Origin: Rotaria sp.
Lineage: Eukaryota
Direction: 5' to 3'
NCBI GenBank assembly: GCA_905331525.1
Contig: CAJNZF010000448.1
Location: 18,179 to 25,254 of the forward strand
Length of the DNA: 7,076 nucleotides
In this document: piece by piece, positions 1-7,076 of the stretch
Layout: each line of letters begins with the position of its first letter
Position numbering within the stretch: the first letter of the stretch is position 1
Made by a program: the position numbers and the translations under genes
Notes under the pieces: model-generated
Seen by the model: the letters and a program-made list of their open reading frames with translations, nothing else
The model's database searches: none
What the model was told of the DNA's origin: nothing

Positions 1-617
1 TAACGTGCTATGAACGAGTTGACCTGTTCGACATGGTAAAAGCTCGTTTCAAAGTTGTAATGCGTGAAAACATGGATTTTACTAAGCTCTTGTTTGTTCT
101 ATATTCGAAACGCATTTCGAGAAGATTTTTCTCAATGAGATACAAAATAATTAGAAAATAAACTCTTCACCAATTCTCAAGTGATCAACAAGCATCGAAT
201 TGTTCTTTTCATAGGATTCGATTATTCTGTTATAATAGGAAACTAACTATAGGCGAACGACTAACTGATACAAAGACAAGTTCCACAACATGTCTTTGTA
301 CTGCCTTAGAAATATTTCATTCAAAGATTCGATTTTAAAATATCGACTTTGATTGATATTTTCAACTGTCTTCTATCAATAATTTATTAGTTTCAATAAA
401 GTTAGAATGACAACTCATTAGTATCGTAAGCGAAAGAAAGTAAAACTAATAAAGTTGACGGCATTCGATAGATTTCTCGCAAGATTAAATCATCGATAGA
501 TGAGTTAAAACAAAGACAAAGAGCATCAGGTCAACTAAAATATCGAATTTCAAAGAACCAAGTAGCCCATATAGACAAACATATCGCTTTGCTTTTAGAT
601 ATTAACTTTGTCTTTAA

Positions 618-630
618 CCCTTTGACGACG
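618..630 (+). repeat. Left terminal inverted repeat of the piggyBac-like element
   Basis: CCCTTTGACGACG lies immediately after TTAA at 614-617. Its reverse complement CGTCGTCAAAGGG matches 1193-1205 (CGCCGTCAAAGGA) at 11/13 positions. Confidence 0.75.
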
Positions 631-727
631 AAGTCCGTAAATTTATGGTTTCAAAACTTAGCAAGAGAAAAATGTCGTTTATTATACTAAAACAAGGTTT
701 TTTCATATGGTTTGTGTTTAAATATAC

Positions 728-1054
728 GTGTTGCCAACGACAACTTTATGCATTAGTGCTTTAAACAGTATACTGGATTCTAAATCAACTGAACTTACTG
801 TTAGACACTTAATCCTATTCTTTTACCGCAAACAGCAGGCAGAAAAATCCTCAGAAATTTGTATTCTATGTGCTCAAAAAAATAGAAGGCAGAAAAAGAG
901 AACAGATTCACGCTGTACGTGTAAAGATTGTAATATGGCTCTTCATACAATTGACTGCTTGGAGATATTTCAGACTATTGCATTTTCAGTTTTTTTTCTT
1001 TCTCTTGTGTTTTATTTCGGTATGCTAGATGGTAGTTATGATAGAGGTTTGTAA
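728..1054 (+). pseudogene. Remnant of the piggyBac transposase C-terminus (Cys-rich / zinc-ribbon-like domain); the catalytic domain is deleted
   Basis: The track ORF contains ...LTVRHLILFFYRKQQAEKSSEICILCAQKNRRQKKRTDSRCTCKDCNMALHTIDCLEIFQT (Cys-rich part at nt 860-976). The pattern C-x2-C-x14-C-x-C-x2-C-x4-H-x3-C-x3-F, preceded by RH, matches the C-terminal tail of piggyBac/PGBD transposases as I recall it (RH.P...C..C....R.T...C..C...L....CF..YHT). The ORF tail after FQT (977-1054) is low-complexity read-through. No upstream DDE region is present. Confidence 0.65.
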
Positions 1055-1192
1055 ATTTGTTTTGTTTTTGTTACTCGAAAATAAACTAGGTACATCTTCA
1101 AACCAAGACTCATTAGAATAATTATGATCTTGAAAAATATTCAATGTATAATCGATTTTGAAAATGAAATTTCGTTTTCTTTTAAAAAAAAC

Positions 1193-1205
1193 CGCCGTCA
1201 AAGGA
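1193..1205 (-). repeat. Right terminal inverted repeat of the piggyBac-like element
   Basis: CGCCGTCAAAGGA is followed directly by TTAA at 1206-1209 and is the inverted partner of 618-630. Confidence 0.75.
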
Positions 1206-3381
1206 TTAAAAAGAAGTATTTATAGCTTATTATTTAATTTCTTCCGTTCATGAAATTTTTTTTTCTGTCAAAAAAACTCATTTTTCTCCAGAAAAATTGA
1301 TAAAAATTTTATTCTATTCAAACACGCCCATTTTTTCTGTATAATAAATGTCATCTTTCTATTTTACTTTAGCTAAATCAAGATTCTCTTTATCTACTAT
1401 AATATTCTAAGATTGACTTTTCATTTTATAGGAATATCGACATTCAGAATTCGGAACGATAAAATATTCAATATGACTTTCTAGAAAGTTAACCTTGGAA
1501 CTGATTGAAAGAGATCTCGATGTTAATTAGAACACAAACAAAGTAATTCTATAGTGGAAATATACTTTGTTAATTTATTGTGTATCCTATGTCGCCAATT
1601 CTTTTGCGAAGATTAACAAGTAATTACTTGGCATGAAGAGACCATTCTAAATTCTTTTCAAATTGAATATTCAAAGTCATCTAACTAATTTCTATTCGAG
1701 AAGGAATATCGTTGACTAGTTTATGGATGAAATACTCATGAAGAAAAAAAGAAGAATGCGCTTTAAATACGAATTGAATGCATTATCACTTTATCGTAAA
1801 TAAATTTTGGATAAAACAAATAGATTCGTGTGTTCGTAAAGTATTTATCGTTTTAACACCAATAATTAACTAGTACGTCACAATAAAATGATATTTATTC
1901 AATCCGAGATATGTATTTTATGTCATGTCAACATCTGACTAGTTATCGTATAAACGATGCTAACCTGGGTGGGTGTGCGTATGTAGTTGTGGATATGAGT
2001 GAAAATGTCAACAGGCTACATCGACGCTAACAGTCACACCCAGACATCTCACATCTATCCTCACATCCTCAAGAATTTCGAACAGAAAACTAGTTACCAG
2101 TGTCCAATAGACGGAGTATCTAATAAGTTCCAGCTCTAATTTGAAGGTCATAGATTTGCAAGCATTATTCGTTTTCAGCCAGGTAGAGTAATAGATTAAA
2201 CAATGCTTCGGTAAGTGAAATATAGTTTAAATCTGTTGAATTTTTCTTTCTAGCTCAAAACACATCATTTATACCGAACCATAAAAATTGTGCTTTTGGT
2301 ATCTCGTATGCAAATACAATTTTAGTGCTGTGTTTAAGATTGATGTATTTTGATCACGATGAAAAACATAACAAAAATCTAGAAGGTATTTCATTTTTTT
2401 TTTGATAACCTATTATTCACTTCATCATTGTAGATGATTGAAACAGGAACAGGATTAGCAATTCTAAGAAGTTAATAACTTAGTTTTGAGTTTAGCAGAG
2501 GTTCTATCTTTTTATAGAACTCGTATTGATTGTTATCTTCAAAAATTCTTGTAAGAAATAAGATTTTCTACCCAAATTACTATTTCGATTCTTAGCGTTG
2601 ACTGCAGTCGGAAAAAAATGAAAATAAATCTTGTTGAATAGTTGTTGAATGAATACTTTTTAAACCTTCTCTTCTTTCACAAATAATACAATGAATTGAG
2701 TCTTCCGTTTCTCGCTTGACTACTTTTATATATAGGGGCGCGCATATGTAGGGAGGAAAAAACAACTTTACGATATGATAAGTTCAATAATAAAGAGAAT
2801 ACTATTAGTTGACGAGTGTTTGTCACAGTATAATGTAGTATCTGCACCAAGAACAATCTACAATGAAATGGTAGAACATATACGCCAAACAAGTCCAAAA
2901 ATAACACTCAAAAGGCTTAAACCATCAATGAAAATGTTAATTATCTTCTCCTCCTGATATACTTCAATTAATTGAGCATCTACGTAAAGAGCATGTCTAG
3001 TGGTAAAACTGGTCCGCAGAGTTACAAGTAAAAGTATGTAAAAAAAAAGAATGTCTAAAAATGAATTGATATTATGTTATCTTGTATTTTCCATGAAAAT
3101 GATAAAAATGAATCATCTAATTTTAGATTTCCTAATAAACGTAACAGTACAGGTTAAAACAATTTCATGAAACGATAAGCATCACATTTATGTTCATTTA
3201 TATATTTTCTTGTTTCTCTCATTAATGCAAATAATTATGACATATTATGCCTTACGAATATGTTCAGTAACAATTTAGACATAGTTCCAGCCGAAAGAAC
3301 TAGGCTACAATTAGTATAGAATGAGTAAAGATGAGAAGAAAAAGAATCACCCATTTAATGTTGACACCCTAGTCATAACTA

Positions 3382-3895
3382 ATATCCATTTGAAATTAAA
3401 AGAGACCGTTAGTGTTGATCGAATATCTCCATAAAGATAATAGCTAGAGATCTGCGGCTTTTTTTATTCGATAGCCCTCTATGGGGCAAGTAAATTATGT
3501 ACTAGGAACGAACATTTTCAAACGTGTCTTCATAGAGTTTGAGGGCTTTTTTTCCGAAAAAAATCGAAACACTGAGGGTGTTAAAGAGGTGGATTTAGAC
3601 CCCTAATTATTGCAAACAGTAGGCTAGACTATTGTCTTCATTCAAAAAAAAAGCCGCGCTTTTCTACGATGTTCTGTTAGAAAACGCCAGCATCTCTCGT
3701 GAAACCCCCAAAAAGCCTTATTTTGCCTTCAGGAACATGAAATATTTCATCCAGCAAGCATTTCAGATGATTATTTCTGACTTTTCAAGCACGAGAGTTT
3801 CGTTAAAGATATTCTTAGCTACTTCATTCCTCAAAATGATATCGATTCAGATAGCCCATTTGTCCTACTGTGATATATCATTGGCTATTTTTCAG
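3382..3895 (+). repeat. Left long terminal inverted repeat
   Basis: The reverse complement of 3382-3895 aligns end to end with 6065-6576. By-eye alignment gives about 29 substitutions or small indels over about 514 positions. Confidence 0.95.
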
Positions 3896-3926
3896 CAGAT
3901 AAATCATTTAGTTTTATTTTTTCGAA

Positions 3927-5522
3927 TTAAATATCATCTTCACTACTAGAGTCCATCGAAAACTCTTCTTCATCCTCGGTATTGGTATCGACAATTTCAG
4001 AATCGATCGTTTCTTTCACATATTTGTCGGCTTCTTGACATGTCATTTCCGCCTTGCCAGCATGAGCAATAAAGGCCGTGCAATCGTCTAGTGCTGCGAT
4101 GTACTCTTGAGAAAGAGTGCTGATATCGGTCAGCCGAAATGAGGTGTTGTTTCGGCGAACGTAGTTTTTCAGTTGTGACCAGCATAGTTCGATTGGATTC
4201 AGTACACAATGCGTGATTGGAAGGCGGACGATCTCGACGTTGAATTCTGCAGCTGCAACATTAGTCAGGTACTTTTTGAGTGGAAGATGTTGGAACGCCA
4301 GCTCGAGTAGTTCAGCATTTGTGAATGCTGCATCAAATGTAACCCCCTCTGTTATTGAGCCAACCATGAAGTGCTGACTTTCGCCAAAGTTGTTTCGGTG
4401 GTATTGAATCGTCCGTCAATTGGTTGTGCCAAGTTGCATTGTCAATCACGATCGCTATTCAAGCTCGTGGTCTGTGTTTCAAGCGCAATTGCGAGACAGT
4501 GACCGAAACCCATTCAATAAAATGGCTTGAATTTTAGATCGTTTGTCAAGAGAATCGTTTTCGATTGCAAAGGAAGTGTCTTTAACTCACCATTGTATGA
4601 TCAACGTAGCATGTGAACATATCTACGCTCTCCTATGGAAACCTTCTTCGTTGATCATTGCTGAGATTACCAACCGCTTTCCCTTGCCATCGTTCTTCCG
4701 AAGTCGTCCTTGTCCTACCTCTTTAACCCAAATTGAGCGCTTCTCTTTCCCAACATTGCACCATGTTTCATCATGATAATAAATGAATGCCTGATTCCTT
4801 CGAAGATCATCAAGACGACGAAAATAGGCCGCTCGCTCAGCAACAAACGATACTGAGTCGAGTGGAATAGTCACTTTGTTCGTTTGCTTGTAACTAAAAC
4901 CGAGTCGCTTCATCTGTCGCCAAAGACTCGTTTCGAATTTGATAGGAAAATCGAGATGCTCCGTCAAAAGGCTTGCTAGAAGACTGCGGACAGTTGGGTA
5001 GCGTCGCTCAGCCTTTGAAATGAAGTGCATAGGATGAAATAAGTATCATTGCTTACTCTTATCAGAATCAAATGGAAATGATAACGAATAGCATCTCCAC
5101 CAACTTCACTAAGAACAACTCGTTGCCGTCCGACATTACCTTCCTTCTTTGGTGCGATGGGCATGGGAATATTGGTGCAGGAGGCGGCTAGAGCGAGTTT
5201 TCTCGCAGACCAAGTGTTTTTTGTTTTTCAAAAGCCAGTGGGAGCGGACGCAGAGGCAGACTGGGCTCGGGTACGAATCATGCTGGCTTCGGAAACCATC
5301 TATTCATCTTGGCTGCTGTTCTCCATTCTCTGTTCTTGTCGAAGTTCTTCCAATTCATTTTTCAATCTGTGAACAGAGCTGTAGCTAATTCTCAAGTGAG
5401 CCATCACTCGAGCGCTTGTGTTTGTCAGAGGTATCTTCAGACCATCTCTCGGATTCGATGAAGTCGATCACTCGAAACATGAGCTTCTTTTGTTCGACAG
5501 AGAATTTTTCACCTTTAGGCAT
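3927..5522 (-). pseudogene. DDE transposase pseudogene (DDE_3 / Tc1-mariner-IS630 type)
   Basis: Minus-strand translation from the ATG at 5522-5520 gives MPKGEKFSVEQKKLMFRVIDFIESER. After a frameshift at about 5443-5447 it continues DGLKIPLTNTSARVMAHLRISYSSVHRLKNELEEL, which is HTH-like. The track ORFs 4976-5164, 4623-5030 and 3927-4367 are consecutive pieces of the same protein. Catalytic motifs are YYHDETWCN (D codon 4770-4772), IVIDNATWHN (D codon 4441-4443) and HCVLNPIELCWSQLKNYV (E codon 4188-4190). GKGKRLVISAMINEEGF and DHTM..NSSHFIEW also match motifs typical of this family. In-frame stops lie at 5300-5302, 5228-5230 and 4459-4461. Frameshifts lie at about 5445, about 4625 and in the C5 run at 4343-4347. 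Two stop- or frame-disrupting blocks lie at 5013-5056 and 4534-4590. Confidence 0.85.
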
Positions 5523-5755
5523 ATTTGACACGAAAATTTCCAAATGATTGAGAGAATAATAATTCGAGAAAATCTTGTGAAGTTGATTCTTTCAGAAATA
5601 TTATTGCTTCTGTTGGATAATAGCCAATTATAATTGTATCCGATATATTCACATGCTTTACTGTAGAAAATCAGTGACTATATATAGGTCTTGAAATATC
5701 AGAGCGTGTTATAGAAAAGGTCTGAGAGAGAAGAGAGAGAGTACAGACAAGAGAA

Positions 5756-5940
5756 TAGAAGAATACTTGATTTCATGGAAGAATACAGAAGAATATCTGA
5801 CGTCATGGATGAATACATATGACGTAAAGAATGCATGCCGCAATAAACTATATATATATATATATCAAAGTAGAAGAATGCCTGACATCATGGAAGAGTG
5901 CATATGATGTAATGAAAGTACATGACGTCATAGAAGAATA
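5756..5940. repeat. Degenerate tandem array with ~21-22 bp period; unit approximately AAGAATRC-N-TGACGTCATGG
   Basis: Two half-arrays, 5757-5835 and 5872-5935, flank a (TA)n tract. The unit recurs at about 5757, 5787, 5808, 5872, 5894 and 5915. Perfect TGACGTCA octamers lie at 5798-5805 and 5923-5930. Variants are TGACGTAA (5820-5827), TGACATCA (5883-5890), TGATTTCA (5768-5775) and TGATGTAA (5905-5912). Confidence 0.7.
5849..5865. repeat. (TA)n microsatellite
   Basis: A run of 17 nt of uninterrupted TA dinucleotides (tatatatatatatatat) separates the two half-arrays. Confidence 0.95.
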
Positions 5941-6064
5941 AGAAAATCACACCATATAGAAGAACGCACAAAAGTGATAGATGGCATCAGCTGATCCTAA
6001 CACTTCTGAATAATCTTTCTATCACATAATCCAGCTTCAATAAATACCATAGTAAAAGACTTCA

Positions 6065-6576
6065 CTGAAAAATAGCCAATGATATGTCACAGTAGGACAA
6101 ATGGGCTATCTGAATCGATATCATTTTGAGGAATGAAGTAGCTAAAAATATCTCTAACAAAACTCTCGTGCTTGAAAAGTCAGAAATAATCATCTGAAAT
6201 GCTTGCTGGATGAAATATTTCATGTTCCTGAGGGCAAAATAAGGCTTTTAGGGGGTTTCACGAGATATGCTGGCGTTTTCTAATAGAACATCGTAGAAAA
6301 GCGCGTTTTTTTTTTGAATGAAGACAACAGTCTAGCCTACTGTTTGCAATAATTAGGGGTCGAAATCCACCTCGTTAACACCCTCAGTGTTCGATTTTTT
6401 TCGAAAACAAAGCCCTCGAACTCCATGAAGACACGTTTGAAAATTTTCGTTCCTAGCACATAATTTACTTGCCTCATAGAGAGCTATCGAACAAAAAGAA
6501 CCGCAGATCTCTTGCTATTATCATTATGGAGATATTCGATCAACACTAACCGTCTCTTTTAATTTCAAATGGATAT
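6065..6576 (-). repeat. Right long terminal inverted repeat
   Basis: This is the inverted partner of 3382-3895. The alignment starts at CTGAAAAATAGCCAATGATAT (6065) and ends at AATTTCAAATGGATAT (6576). Confidence 0.95.
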
Positions 6577-6875
6577 CAATACCTTTGAAACCAGTGTTTT
6601 GTACAAACATTGTTTTTGGTTTTCATAAAAGGTTTGCTCTTTCAGAAACAACTTTAAGTCAGTGAAAAATTCTGAATATACAGAGTGGTCCAAAAGTTAC
6701 CTACCAGTCTTAAATTGCGAATACCTTTTGATAGGAATAAGATCCTGACCTGCGGTTTTCACCATTTGAAAGAGCAATGTTCGGACCATCGATCTATATA
6801 ATATTCACTAAGACGAAAGATGCTTTTCATAGGAGCATTTTAATTGACATTCTTTTTTTTGTGTATTTTCATAAA

Positions 6876-7076
6876 TTTTCACAATAATCTCGTCTCAAAT
6901 TACACCAAAATGTAGCTCAAATCACCCATTTTTCGCTATAAAATTATCACTTTACGCATTGTTCCGTCGACCTCTGTTCTCGAGTGAGCCTTCGAAAAAT
7001 AGTGATACTTGTATAGCAAAAAATGGATGATTTGAGCTACATTTTGGTGTAATTTGAGACGAGATTATTGTGAAAA
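6876..7076. repeat. Hairpin-type inverted repeat (foldback or MITE-like), truncated by the window end
   Basis: The left arm 6876-6951 matches the reverse complement of 7001-7076 at 72/76 positions, and the first 49 nt are identical. The 49-bp spacer 6952-7000 contains GTCGAC and CTCGAG palindromes. The right arm runs into the last base of the window, so the repeat may be longer. Confidence 0.9.

Larger units (their letters stand above)
618..1205 (+). mobile_element. piggyBac-superfamily non-autonomous element (internal deletion derivative), flanked by TTAA target-site duplications
   Basis: The left end reads TTAA(614-617)|CCCTTTGACGACG(618-630). The right end reads CGCCGTCAAAGGA(1193-1205)|TTAA(1206-1209). 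The termini are inverted repeats matching at 11/13 positions. They start with the CCCTT motif typical of piggyBac TIRs and both abut TTAA, the piggyBac target site. The interior contains a piggyBac-like C-terminal Cys-rich domain remnant but no DDE core. Confidence 0.8.
3382..6576 (-). mobile_element. Tc1/mariner-superfamily (ITm) DNA transposon with long (~514 bp) terminal inverted repeats; decayed autonomous copy with DD~82E-like (Sailor-like) spacing
   Basis: The arms 3382-3895 and 6065-6576 are reverse complements of each other. They enclose one minus-strand transposase pseudogene. Its stop lies 31 bp inside the left arm's inner end, and its ATG lies 542 bp inside the right arm's inner end. 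The TA dinucleotides at 3383-3384 and 6574-6575 are compatible with a TA duplication around termini TCCATTTGAAATT.../...AATTTCAAATGGA. Because TA is palindromic, the exact boundary is ambiguous by 2-3 nt. Confidence 0.85.

Noticed and set aside
269-300. Perfect 10-bp stem (TACAAAGACA / TGTCTTTGTA) with a 12-nt loop
   Set aside because: A single 10-bp stem is within chance expectation for 7 kb of AT-rich sequence. It has no associated gene or terminator context.
1477-1492. 12-bp palindrome CTTTCTAGAAAG followed by TTAA, reminiscent of the T. ni piggyBac end (...CTTTCTAGGGTTAA)
   Set aside because: It lacks the GGG/CCC terminal triplet, and I found no partner TIR and no second TTAA-flanked end within reach. 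It is probably coincidental.
1966-2080. GT-rich block (CTGGGTGGGTGTGCGTATGTAGTTGTGGATATGAGTG) followed by a CA-rich block (CACACCCAGACATCTCACATCTATCCTCACATCC), which looks like an inverted repeat
   Set aside because: Only CTGGGTG/CACCCAG truly pair. The rest is complementary in composition but in the wrong order for a hairpin, so it is a strand-asymmetric low-complexity patch rather than a demonstrable IR or TE terminus.
2171-2215. Possible mini-exon: TTTTCAG|CCAGG...AACAATGCTTCG|GTAAGTG (acceptor, ATG, donor)
   Set aside because: Splice-like hexamers are frequent in AT-rich DNA. There is no downstream coding continuation that I can follow and no homology.
2677-2957. Pair of small ORFs on opposite strands (2677-2907 minus, 2775-2957 plus), with TATATATAGGGGCGCGC at about 2735-2750 about 35 bp upstream of the plus-strand ATG
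   Set aside because: They are short and mutually overlapping, and I could recognise no domain or motif. The TATA-like string is unremarkable in AT-rich DNA. This is insufficient to call a gene.
3632-3949. 105-aa plus-strand ORF
   Set aside because: It lies almost entirely inside the left TIR. The equivalent sequence in the right TIR does not keep an open frame, since no matching minus-strand ORF appears in the track. The peptide is low-complexity with no recognisable motif, so this is a chance ORF in repeat DNA.
3997-4209. 70-aa minus-strand ORF
   Set aside because: It is an alternative frame nested inside the clearly homologous transposase ORF 3927-4367. The real frame is the one carrying HCVLNPIELCW.
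4543-4776. 77-aa plus-strand ORF
   Set aside because: It is antisense to the transposase pseudogene and has no recognisable motifs. It is a typical shadow ORF.
5149-5388. Overlapping plus-strand ORFs of 79 and 71 aa (5149-5388 and 5157-5372)
   Set aside because: They are antisense to the N-terminal part of the transposase pseudogene and overlap each other in two frames. They carry no motif support.
6358-6368. GGTCGAAATCC in the TIR, resembling a tRNA T-loop (GGTTCGAATCC)
   Set aside because: The flanking bases cannot form a T-stem and no acceptor or anticodon arms are present. The other TIR arm reads GGTCTAAATCC. This is not a tRNA or a SINE head.
6679-6798. TA|CAGAGTGGTCCAAAAGTTACC..., resembling mariner-like TIR/MITE termini, with a possible partner ...GGACCATCGATC|TA
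   Set aside because: Aligning the two ends by eye gives only TGGTCC plus TATA and about 50% identity beyond that. This is too weak to call an element.
1-7076. A prokaryotic-style novel system (operon, defence island or CRISPR) somewhere in the window
   Set aside because: No ORF exceeds 146 aa, there are no tandem co-oriented genes and no spacer-repeat array. The recognisable content is eukaryotic-type DNA transposons (piggyBac, long-spacer ITm) with GT-initiated, intron-like blocks. Nothing supports a bacterial or phage gene system.

Overview
The sequence is AT-rich and ORF-poor: the longest ORF in the track is 146 aa. It reads as eukaryotic, probably invertebrate, repetitive or intergenic DNA rather than a prokaryotic locus. 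I cannot support any intact host gene, RNA gene, CRISPR array or operon-like system. What the sequence does support is a cluster of decayed class II (DNA) transposons. (1) 618-1205 is a 588-bp internally deleted piggyBac-superfamily element. It has 13-bp terminal inverted repeats, perfect TTAA duplications on both flanks, and a remnant of the transposase C-terminal Cys-rich domain. (2) 3382-6576 is a 3.2-kb Tc1/mariner-superfamily (ITm) element with unusually long terminal inverted repeats of about 514 bp (about 94% identical by eye). It carries a heavily damaged transposase on the minus strand (3927-5522). The second catalytic D and the E of that transposase are about 83 residues apart, which resembles the DD82E (Sailor-type) arrangement rather than classic DD34E/DD34D. 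Upstream of the transposase ATG lies a roughly 21-bp periodic array built around TGACGTCA (CRE-like) palindromes. (3) 6876-7076 is a hairpin-type inverted repeat with 76-bp arms and a 49-bp spacer, truncated by the window edge. All family assignments come from motif recognition by eye and need database or HMM confirmation.
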